Below, piece by piece: positions 1 to 10,344 of a stretch of 64,000 nt of DNA. This stretch comes from Fistulifera solaris. Taxonomy: Eukaryota. Each line of letters starts with the position of its first letter. The stretch's first letter is position 1. Location of the stretch: positions 1,054,001 to 1,118,000 of the forward strand of contig AP026123.1 of NCBI GenBank assembly GCA_030295235.1, read 5' to 3'. A model generated the notes under the pieces. It did not search any database. It was not told where the DNA came from and saw nothing but the letters and a program-made list of their open reading frames with translations. The position numbers and the translations under genes are program-made.

Positions 1-2452
1 CGAAGATCGAGATGCGGTGCGAAAGCGTCACGAGGAGCAGAACATTCCGTTCTATGAAGTCTTTCTGGACGTGCCGGTGGATGAACTTAAGAAGCGTGAT
101 CCGAAGGGTCAGTACGCGCGAGTTGAGTCGGGAGAGCTGAAACACTTCACCTGCATTGATGATCGCTATGATCCTCCGGTCAAACCAGAAATCACTCTCA
201 AAACACATCAATTAGCGATTGAAGAGTCAGTCAATATTTTGTTGCGACGTCTCGAGCGGGATGGTATTCTCATGGGAGCACCGAAACTAGCTCCTCCTGG
301 GTTGCCGAATCCGGATGGTGATGTCATTGTCGATCTACATGTCCCGGAACATTTGCGAGAACAGCGTCGAGCGGAGGCGGAGACTTTACCAAAGGTTCTT
401 ATCACAGACATTGATCTCAATTGGTTGCAAACGGTTGGAGAAGGTTGGGCAAGTCCTCTCAAAGGTTTCATGAGAGAAGGAACCTTATTGGAAACGCTGC
501 ATTTCAACTCGATCTTGACAGATCCCTTCAACGTGACAGGCAACATCGATCGCCATGAGAAAAAGACAAATTTTGATCAGTTCCCCGAGCATCTGCCGCA
601 CAACCGTGTCAGCATGCCCATTCCGATCACTTTGGCCTGTACTGCTTTTACCAAGGCTGCTATTGAAAACTCCGGCAAGTCGGCTGTGGCGCTTGTCACA
701 CAAATGGGTGACACGGTTGCTATTTTGCGTGATCCGGAAATATACAACAACCGCAAAGAGGAGATTGTGACGCGAATGTACGGTGTAATCGACTTTGATC
801 ATCCATACGTGAAGCACATTTATTCTGGTGGAGACTATCTAATCGGAGGAGAGGTTGAACTACTTGATCGCATTCGGTACAATGATGGCCTCGATCAGTG
901 GCGCAAAACGGCTTCGGAGCTCCTAAAAGAATTTCAAGACAAAGGTGCGGATACGGTGTACGCCTTTCAAACTCGTAACCCGACACACTCGGGACACGCT
1001 TATCTGATGCGTTCGGCTGGGGAAGATCTTCGAAAGAAGGGTTACCAGAAACCTGTTTTGTGGCTTAGCCCTCTCGGTGGATGGACAAAGGAAGATGACG
1101 TTCCTCTTGATGTCCGCGTCAAGCAACACGAACATGTTCTAAAAGCCGGAACGTCCCACCCTGGAGGGCTTGACCCGGAAACAACCGTCATGGCTATTTG
1201 GCCTGCTCCTATGGTGTATGCTGGACCAACTGAAGTTCAATTTCATGCCAAATCACGCCGTAGCGCTGGTGCCTCTTACTTTGTTGTCGGTCGCGACCCA
1301 GCTGGTATGAAGGGTTCGCCCAATGCCCTCGCTCATCCTAATGATGATCTGTACGACGGCGACCACGGACGCTATGTGCTACAATACTCTCCAGGTCTCC
1401 AAGGAATGCAAATGCTCAGTTTTGTCAAAGTCATGTACGACATTTCTGACAATGTCATGAAAGTACCCGACCCAAGTCGAATGCAAGATTTCATTAGCAT
1501 TAGTGGGACGAAGATGCGTCTCTTAGCGCGCAATGGTGCAACACCTTGCAGTCCAACCAACATACCAACTGATCTTGTCGCGGCAAACTGTATTCCGAGT
1601 GGATTCATGGTTCCAGATGGATGGGAAACTGTCGTCGATTATTATCGAAACATTGATGTGCCTGGTCGCTGGACGCCATGGTCAAAACCAATTGTTAACC
1701 CTCCCGCAGACGCGCAAACCAAGTACAAAGGAAAGCTGGGATTCAATTCTTTCATGCTTAGAAGTACGGCGGTTGACTCGTATTGGCATGACGTACCGGT
1801 TCGTTCGGAGAAGGGCAACTTTGTCATTAACATGGTAACAGAGATCCCAATGCACATGACGGCCAAATTGGAACTCAACAAAGAGCTACCGCACAATCCT
1901 ATCATGCAGGATGCCAACGATGATGGCTCGACTCGATACTACACATACGGAACTCCGTTTTTCAACTATGGTTTGATTCCTCAGACATGGGAAGATCCAT
2001 CTTTGAAGTCGCTTGATGGTTTTGGTGGAGACAACGATCCTCTGGATGTCATGGAAATCGGAACGCATCCATTGAAAATGGGCGGCATTGTCCCTTGTCG
2101 TGTCATTGGCTCGTTGGAATTGATTGACGAAGGCGAGACAGACCACAAAATTCTTTGCATTGCCCTCTCCGACCCCGACGCTAATCGAATCAACTCGATT
2201 GAAGATTTAGAGAAAGTAAAGCCCGGTCATGTTGATCGTTTGGTGGACTGGTTGAAGATGTACAAGACGAGCGATGGCAAACCCGAAAACAAATTGGCGT
2301 CCGAAACACCTCGCTCTGCGAAGGATGCCATGATGGTAGTCAAGGAAATGCACGAACGCTGGAAAGCACTGTGTGGCAAGGGTGGCGATTTCACGCACAC
2401 CGAGAAAACGAAGAGCCTGTGGTTGAACAGCCCGGGTTGCCGGGGCAAGTAA
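1..2452 (+). CDS. APS kinase (C-terminal part) - ATP sulfurylase - inorganic pyrophosphatase fusion (PAPS synthase-like); 5' end lies outside the window
   Basis: APS kinase-like RDPKGQY..FTCIDDRY; ATP sulfurylase motifs AFQTRNPTHSGH and VVGRDPAG; PPase motifs NYGLIPQTWEDP, GDNDPLDV, LIDEGETDHK. Confidence 0.93.
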   Translation, partial: EDRDAVRKRHEEQNIPFYEVFLDVPVDELKKRDPKGQYARVESGELKHFTCIDDRYDPPVKPEITLKTHQLAIEESVNILLRRLERDGILMGAPKLAPPGLPNPDGDVIVDLHVPEHLREQRRAEAETLPKVLITDIDLNWLQTVGEGWASPLKGFMREGTLLETLHFNSILTDPFNVTGNIDRHEKKTNFDQFPEHLPHNRVSMPIPITLACTAFTKAAIENSGKSAVALVTQMGDTVAILRDPEIYNNRKEEIVTRMYGVIDFDHPYVKHIYSGGDYLIGGEVELLDRIRYNDGLDQWRKTASELLKEFQDKGADTVYAFQTRNPTHSGHAYLMRSAGEDLRKKGYQKPVLWLSPLGGWTKEDDVPLDVRVKQHEHVLKAGTSHPGGLDPETTVMAIWPAPMVYAGPTEVQFHAKSRRSAGASYFVVGRDPAGMKGSPNALAHPNDDLYDGDHGRYVLQYSPGLQGMQMLSFVKVMYDISDNVMKVPDPSRMQDFISISGTKMRLLARNGATPCSPTNIPTDLVAANCIPSGFMVPDGWETVVDYYRNIDVPGRWTPWSKPIVNPPADAQTKYKGKLGFNSFMLRSTAVDSYWHDVPVRSEKGNFVINMVTEIPMHMTAKLELNKELPHNPIMQDANDDGSTRYYTYGTPFFNYGLIPQTWEDPSLKSLDGFGGDNDPLDVMEIGTHPLKMGGIVPCRVIGSLELIDEGETDHKILCIALSDPDANRINSIEDLEKVKPGHVDRLVDWLKMYKTSDGKPENKLASETPRSAKDAMMVVKEMHERWKALCGKGGDFTHTEKTKSLWLNSPGCRGK

Positions 2453-2514
2453 GCGCTACATGTCTACCTTTTTTAAAATATGATCTTTCAAATGTATGCA
2501 TGTTATTTAAGATT

Positions 2515-3384
2515 CTATATTCTTGGAAACAAGACTTCATTCAGAACTCTTTGCGTCCATTCCTCTCCGTACAACGACTTGAGCATAGGTTTCGCCGGAT
2601 CGTTTGCCAGCCTGTACTCAATGTAATTCGTCTGTCGATTGGGCGATTTTGTTGCTGGCTGTGAAAGTAACTGAACGTAAATATTCAAGTGCTCTCGAGC
2701 GGCTTCGAATAAGTGACTTTGTATTCGTTCAACCGGGTCTTTCACGTCTTCTCCGAACCTAGTCCACAGGGAATACTTCGAAACATATTGTTGCACAGCT
2801 TCTGGTATATCTCCTCCCCATGGGAATCGCGAAGCTATTTGTTGGTTTTCGTACCAATCACGCCAATGCTCGGCATAATCATCCGACCCATTCATAGGCT
2901 GAGCATCGAGCAGTAACAAGTGCCGCCCGCCCGGCAAACTCACAAAATCACAACTCCACACGGGCCAATCCGACGATTGGTCAGGGAACACGACCAGATT
3001 GAGCACTTGCGGCACTTCGGGTGCCTCCAGTAACGCCAGACGCGCGTAACGGACGGGACCCGTTGTGGCACTCAAAGCTCTGGTTTCGATGTGGACATTT
3101 TTGGCAAAGTTTGTGGATAATATTTCGTCGTATTGAACCTCGGATAATTCGGGGAATGAAGTGGAAATAACCTTCCAAGCCATCTCTGCAATCGGTCTAT
3201 AGAGTCCTTCCACCTTGTTCTCTTCTGCTCTGATATCATTCGAATTGTTGGATGTTACTCGAATTTGTGACCGAGTTGTAGATCGACGAGGAAGAAAAGA
3301 AGATGCAAATCGGCCCATCACAATCGCGACAATGAATATGTAAAAAGAAAATGACGATCCTTTAACGTTCCGCTGCGTCATCAC
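2515..3384 (-). CDS. Ferredoxin-dependent bilin reductase (PebB/HY2-like) with probable plastid-targeting leader
   Basis: QVLNLVVFP, DFVSLPG, PWGGDIP..YVSKYSLWTR and C-terminal YRLANDPAKPMLKSLYGEEW..EVLF resemble FDBR family motifs; start codon uncertain. Confidence 0.8.
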   Translation of the reverse strand: MMTQRNVKGSSFSFYIFIVAIVMGRFASSFLPRRSTTRSQIRVTSNNSNDIRAEENKVEGLYRPIAEMAWKVISTSFPELSEVQYDEILSTNFAKNVHIETRALSATTGPVRYARLALLEAPEVPQVLNLVVFPDQSSDWPVWSCDFVSLPGGRHLLLLDAQPMNGSDDYAEHWRDWYENQQIASRFPWGGDIPEAVQQYVSKYSLWTRFGEDVKDPVERIQSHLFEAAREHLNIYVQLLSQPATKSPNRQTNYIEYRLANDPAKPMLKSLYGEEWTQRVLNEVLFPRI

Positions 3385-3960
3385 TACTGTCTTTAGTCTC
3401 TATTAATCTGCTGGCCTTGTTATGTAATAGATCCGTTGTTCGGTAACTGGCAATCGAGTGGAGGGCTGCTAACAAATGATAACAACCTCATTCATCTTTC
3501 ATTCTTCGTCGCGTCGCAAACAAAAAAGTGACACGTGACTAAATCAGTCTTGGTATCCGGTCTGATAGCCGCCCGCCCGCCCGCCCGTATCCGGCGCGCG
3601 ATGATGCACGACGCAAGGCACGACGATGATGACGGCGGCCAATGCAACGGAGCAACGTCGACACAACTAAAACGCAATAGAGAAAACAGTGGGAAGTCGT
3701 GTCGCACCGACTATTCATTTTCTCCACCGCCTGCACGCTCCTACTTAATTTCAGACAGTGCAAAACTGCAACGTGCCGATGAAAAAACGCAACCTCGTCT
3801 TTTCGCCCTTTTCCGATGACCACGGAACCGAGGAAAGGCAAAACGTGGCCGGGTTCATCCGAATCATTTATTTACACAATACTTGTAAGCGAAAGACATC
3901 GTCATTGTGTCTTTCCCGTGCTCCGCTTCGTATTCCCTATATTTCAAAAACCGAGTAACG

Positions 3961-5250
3961 ATGTGCCGCAAACCGGTAGAATTATCTCCTAAACCTTCTG
4001 CTCCTCTCGCCGAGCACGATGCGTGGCTCGCCAAGTTCGATTATGAAGGTTTTACGACCGAAATACGCGCTTTGGGCAAGCGGCTGGAAGCCGAGCAAGG
4101 AGAGAAGGACGTAAATCACTTGAACAAGATGATCTTCTGGTCAAACAGCTTTGCTACTATCGGCTTTCTGACTGCTGGTTTCAGCGTCAATGCCATTACA
4201 ATCTTCTGCATCTCTACATTCATTTTCACTCGTTGGGCTTGCATTGCTCATCACACGTGCCATGGAGGTTATCAAAACTGCCATCCGAATTTGAATCGCT
4301 GGTCTCGTTTCAAATTTGGTCTCGGTACATTTTGGAGGCGTTACAACGACTTCTTCGATTGGATGCTTCCGGAAGCCTGGAATGTGGAGCACAACAATCG
4401 CCACCACTACAATCTTTCTGAACTCACCGATCCGGATTTGGTCGAGAACAACACCAAACTGCTGCGCGAACTTAATGTCCCTACTTTCATGAAGTACCCC
4501 ATGGTAGTCTTCTTCATGTGCACTTGGAAATGGTTTTATTACAGTGCCAACACGTTCAAGGAACTGAAACTAGCGCAGTGGCGCCGCGAAGGACGCAAGA
4601 TTCCTGAGGGTATCGTCCCGGAGGACCAGATTACCGTCAAGTCCGTCATCTTCGGTCAGAATCCTTTCTATTCTCTTGCCGAGTACTTCACTGTCGTCTT
4701 TGGTCCTTATTTCATTATGCACTTCCTCGTAGGTCCTATTCCCTGGTACTTCCTCGGTGAGTATCTGGACGGATACACGGGACGACAAATGTTCATGACG
4801 GCCTTGACAAACCTTGTCTTAGCCGACGTTCTATCGAACATGCACGCTTTCTTGTGCGTGGTAACAAATCACGCCGGAGACGACATGTACCGCTTCCGTA
4901 ACGCATGCCGTCCTTACTCGGGGTCATTCTTTTTGCGTCAAGTCTTGGCGTCCGCCAATTACGACATGGGTACCGATTTGATCGACTTTTTTCATGCGTA
5001 CCTGAACTATCAGGTGGAGCACCACTTGTGGCCGAGCTTGAGCATGAAGAGTTACCAACTTGCGGCACCGGAGGTTCAAGAGATTTGCAAGAAGTACGGA
5101 GTCCCCTACACGAAGCACAATGTATTCTGGCGTCTAAAGAAAACTGTTGATATTATGGTGGGAAACACGAGTATGCGTTGGTTTCCGGAGGAGTATGAGG
5201 CTTTGCTTCTCGAAAAGGACGCTAAAATGGAAGAAATCAAAACCAAGTAA
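3961..5250 (+). CDS. Membrane fatty acid desaturase (front-end-type His boxes, no cytochrome b5 domain)
   Basis: His boxes HHTCH, HNNRHH, QVEHH; hydrophobic segments; first ATG at 3961. Confidence 0.85.
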   Translation: MCRKPVELSPKPSAPLAEHDAWLAKFDYEGFTTEIRALGKRLEAEQGEKDVNHLNKMIFWSNSFATIGFLTAGFSVNAITIFCISTFIFTRWACIAHHTCHGGYQNCHPNLNRWSRFKFGLGTFWRRYNDFFDWMLPEAWNVEHNNRHHYNLSELTDPDLVENNTKLLRELNVPTFMKYPMVVFFMCTWKWFYYSANTFKELKLAQWRREGRKIPEGIVPEDQITVKSVIFGQNPFYSLAEYFTVVFGPYFIMHFLVGPIPWYFLGEYLDGYTGRQMFMTALTNLVLADVLSNMHAFLCVVTNHAGDDMYRFRNACRPYSGSFFLRQVLASANYDMGTDLIDFFHAYLNYQVEHHLWPSLSMKSYQLAAPEVQEICKKYGVPYTKHNVFWRLKKTVDIMVGNTSMRWFPEEYEALLLEKDAKMEEIKTK

Positions 5251-5410
5251 AGCTCTCACTCTTTATGTATGCATCAGAGCTAATGAATTAAAAAGAATAA
5301 CAACCAGATAACTGACTTTAGTGAAATAGACAAAAGTAGTAGAAAGTCGTTGTCGCATGTAGATTGGTGCCCTGGACTGCTCAAATTGCAGAATGTTGGT
5401 TCGCTACATC

Positions 5411-5991
5411 TCACTGACTACACTGGACGGCATCCAAGTCGATCTCTTCATCTCCATCATCATTGTTCTCGTTTTCTTCACCGTCTTCTATTTGTTTTGC
5501 GATTTCTATTGTAGGGCACATATTCTCGTCGCCGTCGCTGTATTTCCACCATTCGGGCTCGGCCTGCGCGAGGGTTGTACAAATAATCTTGAAGCTATCC
5601 ATTACAGTCTGTAACGTGGCGTGGACTTTTTCAAAGCTCCCTTTCGCCATGTTGACCGGCAACCCACATTCTTAAATTGATAGTTAAAAGCTGTAGTTCA
5701 GGACGGAATTAATGCTCACACACTTACCAGGACAATGGGCGTTGTCGCAGTTGTGATTTTCAATACATTTTCGACAAAAGAGTGACCGCAAGCTGCCAAG
5801 CTGACAGGATCAACGTATATACACTTGCAAAGTGAACACTTTAATAGCTCCTTCATTTCTAATAAAGCTTTTCTCATTTCCGGCGTCCCTTGACTGGCCT
5901 GGCTCAGTACGGCATCAATGGTCGATTCCAAAATCGCCTGTTCGGTCTCCTGTTCAAGCCATTCCTTTCGTTTGGATGCTCGACTTGTCAT
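5411..5991 (-). CDS. C3HC4 RING finger protein; intron 5671-5727; one homopolymer frameshift near 5777
   Basis: CSLC...ACGHSF; adding one T gives CRKC..HCP, and splicing joins it to ECGLP, completing the RING; 3' end uncertain. Confidence 0.7.
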
Positions 5992-6361
5992 GATGTTTGT
6001 AACACAAGATGATGTGTTATGATTGTGGTGTAAACACAAAGTAAAGCTAACGAAGGTATACCCTGTTCATAGGCAAAGAATGACACACGGCGCTTCTTTT
6101 ATGCGCAATCTCAAAAATCGCGACAAAGTCAGTCACGAGCTTATACAGGTACTCCGTATTATATTGTATAAAATATACTTTCATACCTACTTCTACATTA
6201 TATATACGCGGTATTATACCAGTGTAAAGGTTTCGCGGTATTATACCTCCCTCTCGCAAAAAGCGCAGTGGAACATTTCGCCTTTTATGGAGCGCAATGA
6301 TAATCATGAATCATGATGCATTCTGCGATGATCCATTTTGTTGCAACAGGATTAACTGAAA

Positions 6362-7351
6362 ATGATATCCACATCAAAATTGAATGAAGGATCACTTCTT
6401 GCCCGCGTGGTCAAAAATTTAGTGACCAAGGAAGATCCGTTGCATTTGCACAAGTCTCTCGGAATGGCGTGTTTGACGTCGTTTCTTTGGCGTTTTTCCT
6501 ACATAACAGACCCTTCTGCCGATCTTGCTTTCGCTTATTTTCCACAATTCACTCTCGTCACCATTTTGCTGCACCTGTTTTTGAATTTAAGTAGTTTCGA
6601 GTTCCATTTACCCGAAAAACGAATCTCCAGTGGCTATCGTATTTGGCCAGAATATCGCCTTCATTCTTTGGTTTTTCTGTTTCGGTCTCTTCTTCTCATG
6701 ACAATCTACTGGCACGAGAACTTGTTTGATATAGAACCGAACTATTGGTTGAACGGACTAGTCGTCTTGGGCAGTATGGCAGCCGCAGACCTCGCCAGCG
6801 CATCGTGCAAGCACCAATCTTCCACCATTCGAGCTCTACAAGCGCCGAATATTGTCAAATACTACTTCTCTGTCATGCAGTTCTGTGCGACAGCAACCTG
6901 TTTGTACGGATTGAGACGATTCACGGTGCAATTCTATTTCGTCATGATCATCCAATGCAACGCCTTTCTCATGACACTCCGAAGAAAAAACTTGATGCCT
7001 CATCAAGTGGGGGTTGTTCTGTACGGCATCGGTCTCGTCATGGGCTTAGCGCTGGCTATTATCGAATATGAGCGGGCCGGGGGTCTGGATTGTGTACGCA
7101 GTGTGACCTTGGTGGCCTGCTCTGCTGCATTTTGGAGAATGGGTCCGTGGAGCGAACGGTTGAAGAACAAGTACTTGATTTGGGCGGCGGAATGCTTATT
7201 CTTGAACCTCATTATTCGACCTTCCCTTGAGAGCGACTACCTGTTGTCACGATCACAGCTAGGTCGGCTGGCAGACACATCGATGTTACTGGTCGTTCTG
7301 TACGGTATCTTCACCAGCCTCCCTAACAAGATGAAGAGGAAGGTCACATGA
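6362..7351 (+). CDS. Multi-pass membrane protein of unknown function
   Basis: 329 aa ATG-initiated ORF with several hydrophobic helices and His-containing motifs (HLHK, RIWPEYRLH). Confidence 0.7.
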   Translation: MISTSKLNEGSLLARVVKNLVTKEDPLHLHKSLGMACLTSFLWRFSYITDPSADLAFAYFPQFTLVTILLHLFLNLSSFEFHLPEKRISSGYRIWPEYRLHSLVFLFRSLLLMTIYWHENLFDIEPNYWLNGLVVLGSMAAADLASASCKHQSSTIRALQAPNIVKYYFSVMQFCATATCLYGLRRFTVQFYFVMIIQCNAFLMTLRRKNLMPHQVGVVLYGIGLVMGLALAIIEYERAGGLDCVRSVTLVACSAAFWRMGPWSERLKNKYLIWAAECLFLNLIIRPSLESDYLLSRSQLGRLADTSMLLVVLYGIFTSLPNKMKRKVT

Positions 7352-7590
7352 AGGGTCTTCTGCTCAAAACATACTTCCGCTGCAAATAGACTACATGCTA
7401 CCTTCCCATGTCATGAACGCTTTTATGCTTTACGTTGCAGTGATGGTTTACTTGCAGAAGCGATCCTGGTTGTGCATGACACACTTTCGTCGTAGTGTAT
7501 CTCAGGGACGATCGCAATCTCAACACACCTAGAGACTCTGATAAAGGAATGATACGAAGTAAAAGCCGACTTTTATAGTTTTTAGGTTTC

Positions 7591-8505
7591 TTAATTTTTG
7601 CGAAAAATAACAGAGAGATTGTTGGCTGGCATCTCAACAGACTCAACCAGCTGTAGCCCATTTAGTTCAGCGAGTTTCGTAACTTCTTCCAGATCTCGTA
7701 CACCCCAAGAAGGATTTCGACTTTTCAACGATTGGTCAAACATACTGTGATAAAGACAAAAGTGAGAGATGAAGGCTGTCCTTTTCATTTGCAAGCGTCC
7801 AACCGAATTACGGAGTACTCACAGATTCGACTCCACACAGGAACCTCCGACTTTGTATGGGCCGTAGAGGAAAAGTACCCCATTTGTTTTTAATTTTGAG
7901 CCAGCGACTCGCATCAGACCTTCCGTTGCCGACCAGGGTGCAATGTGGATCATATTGATAGCCATCATAATATCAAGTGAGTCTGGTAACAATTGCTGCG
8001 TTTCTTTCTCGCAAATCCCGCCAGAATCTAATGTGAGCGGAGCCGCTGGAGAGACCAACGGTAAAAGATCTTGCTCAACTTTCAATCGAGCTTCTATAGA
8101 CTGTCGCGAGGGTTCATCTGGGTCTGTAGGGATCCATCGAAAGCCGACACCGGCTGCTTTCAACATTCGGGCAAAGTGAATTGTATGCACTCCTGATCCT
8201 GCCGCGATTTCCAGAATTTGCAAGGGCCTCTGGGAATCTGTGCTAGATTTGAATACCTTGGATTGCAAGATTTCCCATATTGGAGTTTTGTTGCGCTCTG
8301 CAGATGGTGATTCCAATATATTCTCTGATGAGAACATGTCATGCAAAAATGAAGGCGACACCGTAAGTTGCCGAGCCTTAAAAAACACAGTCGGTTGTGA
8401 CAAGAACCCTGCTCTTGCCCGTCCAACGGCTAGCGATAAGCAAGTAATTTTTAATACAAAGGATAATGAGAAAGTCTTCCCTCGAAAGTTATTAAACCAA
8501 AGCAT
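7591..8505 (-). CDS. DUF938 / METTL26-like SAM-dependent methyltransferase; intron 7745-7822
   Basis: PSAERNKTPI, LEIAAGSGVH, INMIHIAPW, LYGPY, then after splicing FDQSLKSRNPSWGVRD and EMPANNL. Confidence 0.85.
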
Positions 8506-8574
8506 TTCCCTTACGTTTACTTTTGTCGTCGAATAAAAAAACGGGGGAGAACAAAGCACAGAAACTTTTAATGA

Positions 8575-9546
8575 GGACCGTTCCTAACCGCGGTTTCGTA
8601 CCGTAGGGCTTCGTACATTTTTGACGTACGAAACTTTTTCTACGAAGCAACTTCCTAACGGAAATCGCCTTTTTCGTAAATTTCGTACGATTCACGAGAA
8701 TTCGGGTCTCATTGATCACAAGCATATCAACATGATAATTTTCATTGGAAAACAATCGCTATGAAATAAATAAAGCTTATTTAGCATTGTTCTACATAAT
8801 CCGGACCGCGATGATATCAAAGGATGTTCATTGCACAATGAAATTTGCTTGAATAAGCGACGGAGACGACGACGATGCGGCGACGACGCCCCCATTTGCA
8901 TTTTTAATTGACTATTAAACGTATCCTTTGATAAAACATTTCAACCTTACAAAATAAAATTGTATTGAAGTGGTTTGGTGTATTTTTGAAGGGATAAGGG
9001 GCGCAAAACATTGTTTTAACGAGTGAAAATTGATAGCACATCCAGAATACCGCAGCATTCACCGCCATTCTCGTGCAACCGTTTCATTTTTTCTGCATTT
9101 TCCTTTCCGCACTACTACGTTGCTTCTTTGTCAATGTTTGTTGATGAGCAGTTCCTTATTCTCTCGCTTCCTTTAACGAAAACATGGTGCCGTCGACACG
9201 TGTTTCTCCTCGACTGCTCGTTTTTCCCTAAAGAGGGCTCTACTGGTCCTCCCTCTCGTCACCAAAGGGCGACAACGACGATCCAATACATCTAGTTGCT
9301 ATAAGTTGTATTTAATTGAATCATTGTTTTGAAAACGAAGGTAAAATGCTTAATGAAGCAATGGATATTGTTGACGTATTAATGTTCGAGTTTATTTTTG
9401 TGGTACGAAGGAATCCCTTCGTACCATTTTTGCGAAGTGGTACGAAGAGATTCCTTCGTACTTTTTTAGGGGAACCCGGAAATCGAGAGAAAAAGTACGA
9501 AACTTGTGTTAGGGTTACGGTACGAAAGCCCGGTTAGGAACGGTCC
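8575..9546. mobile_element. Non-autonomous MITE, PIF/Harbinger (Tourist)-like
   Basis: 31 bp terminal inverted repeats GGACCGTTCCTAACCG.G.TTTCGTACCGTA (2 mismatches); TGA on both flanks (8572-8574, 9547-9549); subterminal GTACGAA repeats; no coding capacity. Confidence 0.8.
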
Positions 9547-10344
9547 TGAGGGTTGGGGTTACGTACAACGTACACGGTACACGAATCAATGAAGTCAATC
9601 ATCGTTCGTACTTCGTGCGTCGTCGCACTGGGTCATTTCGCAGGGATGGGGGCAGTTCGAGGACTGCTCGGAGTCTCTGAGCCAAAGTGTAGGGGGCGGA
9701 CCGTTGAATTCTGGTCACATAGGCTCTTTTCTCGCCACTCCGTCACATAAGACTCAAGCTACTTGAAGAGCAATACTGTTAGCGTCTATCAAGAAACAAG
9801 TACTTCTACTTGTTAGAGGATACATCTATCTTGATAATGATTCAGAAACTCGCTTAACAAATAATCTAACGGATACTTGTCGCGCAAGCCGGCCTTTACT
9901 ATGACATTTTGACGCAAACGGATCCACGTATTCTTGTGTAGTAAATCTACTTGCAAGCTGGCTTTGCTGTGTGGACGAGAGACTTTGTCGCCGTCATCGT
10001 CGTTCATCTTCATCTCTCGTCCACGCGGGGCAGAAACGAAACAGAACAGAGATACCGTGGGAATATTCTAACGTCTGAAGCCCTTGTTATCAGACTTTGA
10101 TTATTCATCACAACAGCTAATTGACTTGACTTCTGCTTTGGGTCCGTTGCGATAGCGCGAGGAGCGACAAAGCCAAACTTCACACCGTTGTCGAACGAAA
10201 GTCGGGAGGATCTTTTGGCCGTTGCAGGTCCTCGAACTTCAACCGAGACGCGCTTGAGTCATTCTTCTGATTGTATTACTTCTCGCAAAGTGATAAGTGA
10301 CGACTCGGTGTGGCCTGCAGATAATTTAAAAAAGCCTCAGCAAC

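Noticed and set aside
6207..6248. Direct repeat CGCGGTATTATACC (two copies) between divergent genes
   Set aside because: Too short to assign a function without comparative data
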